The position numbers were made by a program, and so were the translations under genes. Positions 8,766-17,269 of a stretch of 32,000 nt of DNA are shown in pieces. The stretch covers positions 60,001 through 92,000 of the forward strand of contig DAOOUC010000001.1 in assembly GCA_035390665.1 (NCBI GenBank). The letters are read 5' to 3'. The DNA comes from an archaeon (lineage in GTDB: Archaea > Iainarchaeota > Iainarchaeia > Iainarchaeales > CSSED10-239). How positions within the stretch are numbered: the stretch's first letter is position 1; every line of letters begins with the position of its first letter. Below the pieces are notes generated by a model, which was not told where the DNA came from, made no database searches, and worked only from the letters and a program-made list of their open reading frames with translations.

Positions 8766-11765
8766 ATGGCAACAAAACAAATTATTAACAGAAAAGAAGA
8801 AAAAATTGATTATAATATTTACAAAATAAAACTTGCAATACTTAAAGCCCTTGATGCAATTGATAATCCAGATATTGATTTAGCAGATTATCTTACAAAA
8901 AAAATAGATATTAATTTAACAGAAAATTATTTTGATAAAAATAGATGTCCAACAATTGATGAAATTCAAGACACTGTAGAAGATATATTAATTAAAGAAG
9001 GATTGACTAAATTAGTAAAAGCATATGTAATTTATAGAAAACAACACGATGATTTTAGAAACATTTCAAAACTCATAGACAGTACAAATGCAGTTGAGAG
9101 TTACATAAATATTTCAGATTGGCAAGTTAAGGAAAACAGTAATATGGATTATTCATTACAAGGATTAAATAATTATTTATCAACAAAAGTAATATCTGAT
9201 TATTGGATAAAAAAAATATATCCTTCAGAAATTAGAGAAGCACACGAGAAAAGGCAACTTCATTTACACGATCTAAATACATTAGGTTCATATTGTGTTG
9301 GTTGGGATCTTCAATCTGTTCTACAAACTGGTTTTAGAGGATCTCCAGGTAAAGTTGTGGCATCTCCACCAAAACATTTAGATACAGCATTAGGACAAAT
9401 AGTTAATTTTATTTTTACACTTCAAGGAGAATCAGCAGGTGCTCAAGCCTTTAGTAATTTTGATACCCTTCTTGCCCCATTTATAAGATACGATAATCTT
9501 GATTACAAGCAGGTAAGAGCATCCTTAGAGAAATTTATTTATAATATGAATGTGCCTACAAGAGTTGGTTTTCAATGTATGTCCCAAGATACAGAAATTC
9601 TTACAGAAAATGGGTGGCTTACATATAATGATTTAAAAGTAGGAGATATAATAAAAACATTTAACACTAATACAGGTAAAATAGAAGATCTTCCTATAAA
9701 AAAATTATTTGCAAGGGAGTACTCTGGCAAAATGTACAATTTAAAAAACAGAATACAAGATCAGTTAATTTCTCCTAAACACAGAGTTGTAAGAAAAATA
9801 TTCAATACTAAAAATAAATTTATATTAGAAGAAATTGAAGTTGTTAAAAAATATAAATCAGATATTGTTATTCCAATTGCGGGAGATACAAACTACAGAG
9901 GAATAAATTGGAGTGATGAAAAAATTAAAATGGTTGCGTGGATTATTGCAGAAGGAAGTTCCGAGCAGCCTTATCATAAAAATAAAAACTCAAGAAACAT
10001 AAAAATTTATCAATCTGAAATAAAAAACAATAAAGAATATAAAGAAATAAAGTCTTTATTAGAATATTTTAAATTTAAATATTCTGAAACCAAACACACA
10101 GGACTTGGCGCACCAGTTAATGCAATCAAATTAAATGCTGAATCTTCAAGAACCATACACTCTTGGTTTGATGATGAAAGCAATATCAAATTTATTCCCA
10201 TAGATTTATTTAAAGCCAATAAAAAACAAGCAAGATTATTTTTAGAAACCTATAACAAAGGAGATGGAACAGAGGAATTTAAAATTTCTACAACTTCTGT
10301 TGATATACTTTATGGTTTGCAACACATGTGTGTGTTAGCAGGTTATGGTTTTACTACGCTTTTTAGAAAACCAACCATTGGTACAAAGCCAATTTTTGTT
10401 TTAAGAATTATACAACACACAGACACAACAATAACTCAAATTAAAGAAATTGATTATAAGGGAATTATATGGTGTCCGAACACAGATAATGAAACTGTTA
10501 TTGCAAAAAGAAATGGCAAGGTTTTTATTACAGGTAACACCCCATTTTCAAATATCACTCTTGATTTAACTGTACCATCTACATTTAAAGATACACCAGT
10601 TATAATAGCAGGGAAACCACAAGATAAAACATATGGCGAATTCCAAAAAGAGATGGATATTTTTAATATGGCTTTATTAGATATAATGTACGATGGAGAT
10701 GCATCTGGAAATATGTTCTCTTTTCCGATACCTACAATTAATGTAACAAAAGAATTTGATTGGTCAACGCCACTAGCTGATAAATTAATTGATTTAACAA
10801 TAAAATACGGCACTCCATATTTTGCAAACTTTGTAAATTCTGATATGAAACCAGAAGATGCAAGAAGTATGTGTTGTAGATTAAGATTAGATAATAGAGA
10901 ACTACAAAAAAGAGGAGGAGGATTATTTGGTTCTAATCCTTTAACTGGTTCTATTGGAGTTGTAACAATAAATCTTGCTCAATTAGGCTATCTATCAAAA
11001 TCAGAAGAAGAATATTTTGAAAATTTAGGTCATCTAATGGATCTTGCTAAAAAATCTTTAGATATAAAAAGAAAAATTGTAGAAAAATATACTGATGATG
11101 GGTTATATCCTTATTCTAAATTTAATTTAAAAAGTATAAAAGACAGATTTGGTACTTATTGGAAGAATCATTTCTCAACTATAGGTTTACTTGGTTTAAA
11201 TGAATCCGCAATAAATTTTATGGGAGAAGGAATATATACAGAAAAAGGGCTAGCTTTTGCAAATAAAGTTATGGACTTTATGAGAGAGAAAATACAAAAG
11301 TATCAAGAAGAGACTGGAGCCTTATATAATCTTGAAGCAACACCAGGAGAAGGAACAACCTATAGATTTGCAAGTTATGATAAAAAGAAATATCCTTCTA
11401 TAGTTGTTGCAAATGAAGAAAATTACAAGAATAATGGAGCACAACCATATTATACAAATTCATCTATGCTTCCAGTAACTTATACAAATGATATATTTGA
11501 AGTTTTAGAATTACAAGACGAATTGCAATGTAAATATACAGGTGGAACAGTAATACACATATTTATTGGAGAAAAAAAACCATCAAGAGAAGCAATTAAA
11601 TCATTAATACAAAAAATAACAACCAATTATAAATTACCTTACTTTACATTTACGCCTACATTTTCGGTGTGTCCAAAACACGGGTATATTTTTGGAGAAC
11701 ATGAATATTGTCCATTATGTGATGAAGAAATAGGTTATAAGGAAAATAAAAATACGGGGGAATAA
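8766..11765 (+). CDS. nrdD: Anaerobic ribonucleoside-triphosphate reductase NrdD main chain, intein-containing, ends before the glycyl-radical loop
   Basis: N-terminal ATP-cone (IINRKEEKIDYNIYKIKLAILKALDAI..), class III RNR body (ESAGAQAFSNFDTLLAPF, FPIPTINVTKEFDW, MCCRLRLDNRELQKRGGGLFGSNPLTGSIGVVTINLAQLGY), C-terminal Zn region CPKHGYIFGEHEYCPLCDEE. The start is placed at the internal MATKQ rather than 8712. Confidence 0.93.
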   Translation: MATKQIINRKEEKIDYNIYKIKLAILKALDAIDNPDIDLADYLTKKIDINLTENYFDKNRCPTIDEIQDTVEDILIKEGLTKLVKAYVIYRKQHDDFRNISKLIDSTNAVESYINISDWQVKENSNMDYSLQGLNNYLSTKVISDYWIKKIYPSEIREAHEKRQLHLHDLNTLGSYCVGWDLQSVLQTGFRGSPGKVVASPPKHLDTALGQIVNFIFTLQGESAGAQAFSNFDTLLAPFIRYDNLDYKQVRASLEKFIYNMNVPTRVGFQCMSQDTEILTENGWLTYNDLKVGDIIKTFNTNTGKIEDLPIKKLFAREYSGKMYNLKNRIQDQLISPKHRVVRKIFNTKNKFILEEIEVVKKYKSDIVIPIAGDTNYRGINWSDEKIKMVAWIIAEGSSEQPYHKNKNSRNIKIYQSEIKNNKEYKEIKSLLEYFKFKYSETKHTGLGAPVNAIKLNAESSRTIHSWFDDESNIKFIPIDLFKANKKQARLFLETYNKGDGTEEFKISTTSVDILYGLQHMCVLAGYGFTTLFRKPTIGTKPIFVLRIIQHTDTTITQIKEIDYKGIIWCPNTDNETVIAKRNGKVFITGNTPFSNITLDLTVPSTFKDTPVIIAGKPQDKTYGEFQKEMDIFNMALLDIMYDGDASGNMFSFPIPTINVTKEFDWSTPLADKLIDLTIKYGTPYFANFVNSDMKPEDARSMCCRLRLDNRELQKRGGGLFGSNPLTGSIGVVTINLAQLGYLSKSEEEYFENLGHLMDLAKKSLDIKRKIVEKYTDDGLYPYSKFNLKSIKDRFGTYWKNHFSTIGLLGLNESAINFMGEGIYTEKGLAFANKVMDFMREKIQKYQEETGALYNLEATPGEGTTYRFASYDKKKYPSIVVANEENYKNNGAQPYYTNSSMLPVTYTNDIFEVLELQDELQCKYTGGTVIHIFIGEKKPSREAIKSLIQKITTNYKLPYFTFTPTFSVCPKHGYIFGEHEYCPLCDEEIGYKENKNTGE
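9576..10538 (+). mobile_element. Intein with LAGLIDADG-type homing endonuclease inside nrdD (321 aa)
   Basis: Starts at Cys (CMSQDTEILTENGWLTYNDLKVGDII, block A), ISPKHRVVR (block B), AWIIAEGS and FLETYNKGDGTEE (endonuclease motifs), ends ...ETVIAKRNGKVFITGN before Thr. Removal yields RVGFQ|TPFSNITLD. Confidence 0.93.
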
Positions 11766-11768
11766 AAG

Positions 11769-11915
11769 ATGAATAATGAAATAGAAGCAAAAAGACAGAA
11801 ATGTGAAATTTATTCTAGAGTTGTAGGATATGTTAGAAGAATAGATGCCTGGAATTATGGTAAACAAGCAGAATTTCACGATAGAAAATTATTTTCTGTT
11901 CCAGAAAACAAATAA
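11769..11915 (+). CDS. Glycyl-radical C-terminal domain of NrdD encoded as a separate 48-aa ORF
   Basis: MNNEIEAKRQKCEIYSRVVGYVRRIDAWNYGKQAEFHDRKLFSVPENK*. RVxGY...WNxGKxxEFxxR is the NrdD glycyl-radical signature. Same frame as nrdD, separated by TAA (11763-11765) and AAG. Absent from the ORF track. Confidence 0.85.
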   Translation: MNNEIEAKRQKCEIYSRVVGYVRRIDAWNYGKQAEFHDRKLFSVPENK

Positions 11916-11928
11916 TGGTAATTAAAAT

Positions 11929-12594
11929 ATGCCTTTAAGAATAGGAGCAATTGAAAAGTTTAGTACAATAGATTATCCAAATAAAATTGCTTGTGTTATT
12001 TTTTTAAAGGGGTGTAATTTCAATTGTGGTTTTTGTTATAATAAGCAATTGGTATTACCTGAGCTTTTCGATTCCAAACCAGACGTTCTTGAAAGTGAAA
12101 TACACTATTTCTTGGACAAACGAAAAGGTCTTCTCGATGCTGTTGTTATTACAGGCGGAGAACCCACAATTTTTGGAAAAGATTTAATTGATTTTATAAA
12201 AAAAATTAAAGAAAAAAGTTACCTTGTAAAACTAGATACAAATGGGTCTAATCCCGAAATATTAAAAGAAATATTAGACAATAATCTTGTAGATTATGTT
12301 GCTATGGATTTAAAAGATATTTTTGAAAATTATAATAACTATACAAAAGTTCCAAATAAAAATATCAAGACTTCATTTGAGCTATTAAAAAATTCAAAAA
12401 TTCCCCACGAATTTAGAATTACTACGCACCCCGAGCTGACGTTGAATAATTTTAATAAAATAATAGAAACAGCAAAAGGAGAAAAAATATTTGTCCAAGA
12501 TTTCGTAAACACTAATACTATAAAAGAATATAAAGAAAATAAAACTATATATTCAAAACTTTCAAAAGCAAGTAAAGATTATATTTTAAGATAA
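11929..12594 (+). CDS. nrdG: Anaerobic ribonucleoside-triphosphate reductase activating protein (radical SAM)
   Basis: IEKFSTIDYPNKIACVIFLKGCNFNCGFCYNKQLV (CxxxCxxC), VVITGGEPTIFGKDLIDFI, KLDTNGSNPEIL. Confidence 0.88.
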   Translation: MPLRIGAIEKFSTIDYPNKIACVIFLKGCNFNCGFCYNKQLVLPELFDSKPDVLESEIHYFLDKRKGLLDAVVITGGEPTIFGKDLIDFIKKIKEKSYLVKLDTNGSNPEILKEILDNNLVDYVAMDLKDIFENYNNYTKVPNKNIKTSFELLKNSKIPHEFRITTHPELTLNNFNKIIETAKGEKIFVQDFVNTNTIKEYKENKTIYSKLSKASKDYILR

Positions 12595-12608
12595 ATAAGT
12601 GATTAAAA

Positions 12609-14657
12609 ATGGTTTTTGTAAATACAATTAAAAATAAAAATGGAGAAACAGAAGAGTTTTCAAAAGAAAGACTAGCAATAATGTTGTTTGAAAACATGTG
12701 TAATCTTGGAGAACCTAATCTTAATCTAGCAGAAAAGTTAGCATTTTTAATCTATGATAAAGTAAATGCCAAATTTTCAAAGGAAATTTTACAAGAAAAA
12801 TTAGACGAGATAATTAAAGAAACCCTTCATCAAGAAAATCAAGGAGAGCTCCTACAAGCATATATTTTTAAAAAAAACAAACCAGAAGCCGCTCAAGCAG
12901 ATAGTGAATTAAAAGAAATTATTCTAAAACAAATAATAAATATTGACGAATCCGATAATTTATCAACTAAATTAGTAAATATTCATTCTCAAATAAATAA
13001 ATTACAAAATAATCAACACGAAAAGATAAATAAAAAGATTTTTGAATATATCAGAGATGGAGTATTTTATCCTAGTTCAACTTTTTTAAGAGAAATAAGT
13101 TTGAATCAACAATTGTCTTCAAGTTATTCATTTAAAATCCAAGATTCAATTGAAAGCATTTTTGATACATTATCTCAATCAAGTATTGTTCAAAAATATG
13201 GTTCTTCAATTTCAATAGATTTATCAAGAATTAGATCAGAAAAAGAAAAAGTAAAATCTATAAACAGAAATGCCTGTGGACCAATAAGAGTAATTGATCT
13301 TTTTGTTTCTGCAAAATCAATGATTGGTTATAATACAAACAGTTCAAATAATCTTTATTATATTTCTATAGAACACCCGGATATTGTCTCTTTCTTAAAT
13401 CACTCAGCTACGACTAAAGAAAATTATGCAGTGTTAATTCCAGATAGATTCATGAAATCCTTAACAGAAAATTCAGATTATTTTATTGAGATCAATTCTG
13501 AAAATAAAATAAAAATTTCTCCTTTAGCATTAATTGATTTAATTTCTTCTAAAATAATTACTGGAGAAAATATAAATTTAATATTCATAGATTCAATAAA
13601 TAAAAAGAATCCATTTTTAGATAACTATAAACCATTTACAATATCTTCTATAGGATTACAACCTGTTTTTGAAGATAATTCTTTTGCTAGTGGCGTAATC
13701 GATGTTTCTAAGTTTGTAAATATTCTAGGAAATACTAAAACCTTTGATTGGGCAAAATTAAAAGTAGTTATTTGGGACACTTTAGAGTTTCTAGATAATT
13801 CAATTGATTTAACTAAAACAATAAATGAGAAATACACACAAGAACTAAAAGAAACAAGACAAGTCTATATTTCAATTACAGGTTTTTATTCTTTATTATC
13901 TAAACTAGGCATTGCTTACGAAAGTGATGATGCAATTTATTTTGCTGATGCATTGTCTGATTATATTAATTATTATTCAAAACTTAAATCAACAGAACTT
14001 GCAAAAGAAAGAGGGCCATTTTTTAAATTTATAAAAAGTAAATACGAATTGCCTAATTTTTCTTTTGATAAGGCCCCAATTCAAAAAACATTATTTTCTA
14101 ATGATTTAAATCAAACAAAAAAACTACTTAAAAACATGCCCACAATTGATTGGACAGAACTAAGAAACAACATTAAGAAATATGGTTTAAGAAATTCAAC
14201 AACATTTTCAATAATATTTTCTGATTTTTATTCTGTTGCTAATGAATGTAGTAATGGAATAGATGCAATTATAAGTTATAAATCTACAATTTGGGTAAAT
14301 GGCCACAAGTTTGAAAAAATAAATAAAGAACTTAATACACAAGTTTCTGATTTAAAATCTAATTGGACACAAAATGAGATTGAATCGTCAGTTCCAGACA
14401 TCATAAAATCTAAGTTACCACTTGCAAGATCAATATCCCCGCAATTCTTTATAAGATTACAATCTGTTTTTGAAAAAAACACAGATGGTTGTACTAACCT
14501 AAAGGTTTATTTTACAGATTGCACAAGTATTCAAGACATTAAAAATATTATTCTAGAGACACACAGAATAGGAAACACTATTTTTTGTGCAGAAAAAATA
14601 AATGGTCATCAAAAAGACTTTAACACAGAAAATAAAAAAGGATTAATGAGTTTATAA
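12609..14657 (+). CDS. ATP-cone plus class I/II RNR large-subunit-like protein, apparently catalytically degenerate
   Basis: N-terminal ATP-cone-like region; DGVFYPSSTFL, DSIESIFDTLSQSSIVQKYGSSISIDLSRIR, HPDIVSFL, VLIPDRFMKSL, NLIFIDSINKKNPF, GLQPVFEDNSFASGVIDVSKFV, LAKERGPFFKFIKSKY and IKKYGLRNSTTFSIIFS align by eye to RNR R1/NrdJ motifs, with catalytic positions altered. Confidence 0.75.
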   Translation: MVFVNTIKNKNGETEEFSKERLAIMLFENMCNLGEPNLNLAEKLAFLIYDKVNAKFSKEILQEKLDEIIKETLHQENQGELLQAYIFKKNKPEAAQADSELKEIILKQIINIDESDNLSTKLVNIHSQINKLQNNQHEKINKKIFEYIRDGVFYPSSTFLREISLNQQLSSSYSFKIQDSIESIFDTLSQSSIVQKYGSSISIDLSRIRSEKEKVKSINRNACGPIRVIDLFVSAKSMIGYNTNSSNNLYYISIEHPDIVSFLNHSATTKENYAVLIPDRFMKSLTENSDYFIEINSENKIKISPLALIDLISSKIITGENINLIFIDSINKKNPFLDNYKPFTISSIGLQPVFEDNSFASGVIDVSKFVNILGNTKTFDWAKLKVVIWDTLEFLDNSIDLTKTINEKYTQELKETRQVYISITGFYSLLSKLGIAYESDDAIYFADALSDYINYYSKLKSTELAKERGPFFKFIKSKYELPNFSFDKAPIQKTLFSNDLNQTKKLLKNMPTIDWTELRNNIKKYGLRNSTTFSIIFSDFYSVANECSNGIDAIISYKSTIWVNGHKFEKINKELNTQVSDLKSNWTQNEIESSVPDIIKSKLPLARSISPQFFIRLQSVFEKNTDGCTNLKVYFTDCTSIQDIKNIILETHRIGNTIFCAEKINGHQKDFNTENKKGLMSL

Positions 14658-14676
14658 AAAGGAGATGAAAAACTAA

Positions 14677-14952
14677 ATGGTAAAAACACAAGAAGAGATA
14701 GAAAATAATATTAGAAAAATAAAACCTTTCTTTGAACAATTGACTTTGTTTTTCTTATTGCTAATTGGCTTTATAATTGTCGACGTTTTAAACGGAACAC
14801 CACCAATTATAAAATACACAATAACAGTATTATTTACTGGTTGGTCAATAAGTTTAATTATTCAAGAATTATATCTTTACAATATTTTCAAACCAGTGAT
14901 ACTAGGTAAAACCTGGGAAAAAATAGCAAGAAAAAGTTTTAAGAAAAGGTAA
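14677..14952 (+). CDS. Small membrane protein resembling a 2TM domain
   Basis: Two hydrophobic helices (LFFLLLIGFIIVDVLNG; YTITVLFTGWSISLIIQELYLY) followed by WEKIARKSFKKR. Confidence 0.65.
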   Translation: MVKTQEEIENNIRKIKPFFEQLTLFFLLLIGFIIVDVLNGTPPIIKYTITVLFTGWSISLIIQELYLYNIFKPVILGKTWEKIARKSFKKR

Positions 14953-14960
14953 TTAGATTT

Positions 14961-17159
14961 TTATCTAATTGCATAATCTTTTTCTTTTTCTTCTTTTGTT
15001 TCTTTTTTTGATTTGAATTTCTCTATTGCTTTAAGAAATGCATCTTTTGTTACAGTTGGCTTTTTATTATCAAGTTTGTTGTCTTTTTCTATGTCTTCTA
15101 TGATTAATCTGATTTTTGTTAAGCCCGCTTCTCTACAAACTGCTTCAATTTCTGCTCCTGAAAACCCTTCAGTTAATTTTGCAAGTTCTTTAGCGTTTGT
15201 CTTCTTATCAATTGTCATTTTTGAAAGATAAACTTCAAATATCTTTTCTCTTGTAAGTTCATCAGGCAAAGGAACAAGTAAAAGTTTTTCAAATCTTCCA
15301 GGTCGCAAGAATGCAGGATCTATCAAGTCTGGGCGGTTAGTTGCTCCAACTATAACAATATCTTTAAGATTAGAAACTCCGTCAATCTCAGTTAGAAGTT
15401 GAGCAACAACATTATTCTTTGCATCATTTGTTTCAAGTCCACTTCTTCCTGAAGTAATCGAATCAATTTCATCAATAAAAACAATACTTGGCGCAAGCTG
15501 TCTTGCTTTCTTAAAAATATCTCTTATCTTTTTTTCGGATTCTCCAACCCATTTGTTAAAAACTTCTGGTCCTTTTATAGATATAAAGTTTGCATTTGTT
15601 TCTGTTGCAATTGCTTTAGCAAGCAAGGTCTTTCCAGTTCCTGGAGGCCCATATAATAAAACACCACGAGGAGCAGTTATTCCTACCTTTTCAAACAAAT
15701 CCTTGTGTTTCATTGGCCACTCAATCATTTCTTTTAATTCTTGTTTTATATCTTCAAGGCCTCCGACAGCGCTCCATTTGGTGTTGGGAACACTAACCAT
15801 TATTTCTCTAATAGCAGAAGGTTCAACAATATTAAGTGCGTCCAAAAAATCTTGTCTTTTTATTACAAGTTCATCCATTATTTCTTTTGATAATTCATTT
15901 CCATATTCTTTGTTAATTTTTGGCATTAATCTTTTAAGTGCTTTAAGAGCCGCTTCTTTACAAAGTGCAGAAATATCTGCCCCTGAAAAACCATTAGTCA
16001 TTTCTAGTATTTCATTAATATCAACATCTTCAGTTAATGGCATTCCTCTTGTATGTACCATAAATATTTCTTTTCTTGCTTCTTTACTTGGAATTCCAAT
16101 TTCAAATTCCCTATCAAATCTTCCAGGTCTTCTAAGTGCAGGATCCACAGCATCTGGAATATTTGTTGCACCAATAACAATAACATCCCCTCTTGATTTT
16201 AGTCCATCCATTAATGTTAAAAGTTGAGCAACAATTCTTTTTTCTGTTTCTCCATGAATATTTTCTCTTTTTGGAGCAATAGAATCAATTTCATCAATAA
16301 AGATAATTGCTGGCGCGTTCTTTTCCGCTTCAGCAAATATATTTCTTAAATTTTCTTCTGATTTTCCATAGGTTCCAGCAACAATTTCTGGCCCATTAAC
16401 AATTGTAAAATTAGAATCAGTTTCAGAAGCAACAGCTTTAGCAAGTAAAGTTTTACCTGTTCCTGGTGGACCATAAAGTAGTATTCCTTTAGGTGCAGTT
16501 ATTCCTAATTTTTTAAAAACCTCTGGTCTTTTGATTGGTAACTCGACCATTTCTCTAATACTTTCTATTTCTTTTTTAAGACCACCAATATCATCATATG
16601 TTATTCCAAAATTATTTGTTTGCAAAGGTTTTTCTGAAATTATAATCTTTGTAGTGTCAGTAATTTTTACTGCACCTTTAGGAAAGGATTTAGTAACCGT
16701 TAATTGAAGATCTCTAGATTCTTCATTAAGCATAATTTTTATTCCTCTAATAACAACAATATTATTTTCTAAAATATTTTTATTTATTATTTTATCATGA
16801 ACATAACTAACAACATCATTTCTTTTTAGATCAGGAATTTCAACTGGTGGGGCAAGAGTTACACTTTGTGCAATCTGACAAGCAATCTTTTCAATAAAAA
16901 CCTCATCATCAATCTTACAACCAGAATTAAATCTTATTGTTGCATCCATTTTGATTGTATTAAGCCCGGTGTCTCCAACTTTTCCTTTAAGGGCATAAGC
17001 GATTGTGGCTTTATCTGTTTTAATTCCTTGTATCTTAATTGTGTCTCCAACACTTAACCCCATTTTATCAAAAACAACAGGGTCAATTTTAACAATATCT
17101 TTTCCAACATCAGAAATCTCTGTTTCTCTAACAATTAGTTTAGCTTTTTGTTCAACCAT
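14961..17159 (-). CDS. cdc48: CDC48/VAT family AAA ATPase
   Basis: N-domain ([16 protein letters not shown]) and two AAA modules: [39 protein letters not shown] and [38 protein letters not shown]. Confidence 0.96.
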   Translation of the reverse strand: MVEQKAKLIVRETEISDVGKDIVKIDPVVFDKMGLSVGDTIKIQGIKTDKATIAYALKGKVGDTGLNTIKMDATIRFNSGCKIDDEVFIEKIACQIAQSVTLAPPVEIPDLKRNDVVSYVHDKIINKNILENNIVVIRGIKIMLNEESRDLQLTVTKSFPKGAVKITDTTKIIISEKPLQTNNFGITYDDIGGLKKEIESIREMVELPIKRPEVFKKLGITAPKGILLYGPPGTGKTLLAKAVASETDSNFTIVNGPEIVAGTYGKSEENLRNIFAEAEKNAPAIIFIDEIDSIAPKRENIHGETEKRIVAQLLTLMDGLKSRGDVIVIGATNIPDAVDPALRRPGRFDREFEIGIPSKEARKEIFMVHTRGMPLTEDVDINEILEMTNGFSGADISALCKEAALKALKRLMPKINKEYGNELSKEIMDELVIKRQDFLDALNIVEPSAIREIMVSVPNTKWSAVGGLEDIKQELKEMIEWPMKHKDLFEKVGITAPRGVLLYGPPGTGKTLLAKAIATETNANFISIKGPEVFNKWVGESEKKIRDIFKKARQLAPSIVFIDEIDSITSGRSGLETNDAKNNVVAQLLTEIDGVSNLKDIVIVGATNRPDLIDPAFLRPGRFEKLLLVPLPDELTREKIFEVYLSKMTIDKKTNAKELAKLTEGFSGAEIEAVCREAGLTKIRLIIEDIEKDNKLDNKKPTVTKDAFLKAIEKFKSKKETKEEKEKDYAIR

Positions 17160-17269
17160 AATTTCTCACAAATCATTTACAATAAATATTATACTTGAAA
17201 TAATTTATAAACAACAACTAAATAGAATTAGGAACTGAAATTATTAAAAGTTTTGTGTAAAAAGTATTA

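Noticed and set aside
10454-10813. 119-aa minus-strand ORF, also 10010..10219
   Set aside because: Antisense to nrdD/intein coding sequence; no recognisable domain.
11763-11765. Genome-wide recoding of TAA as sense
   Set aside because: Most other genes here end plausibly at TAA at the expected family length, so global recoding is not supported; only local readthrough remains possible.
15553-16227. 224-aa plus-strand ORF (and smaller 15013..15231, 16866..17057)
   Set aside because: Antisense shadows of the well-supported cdc48/vat gene; no motif of their own.
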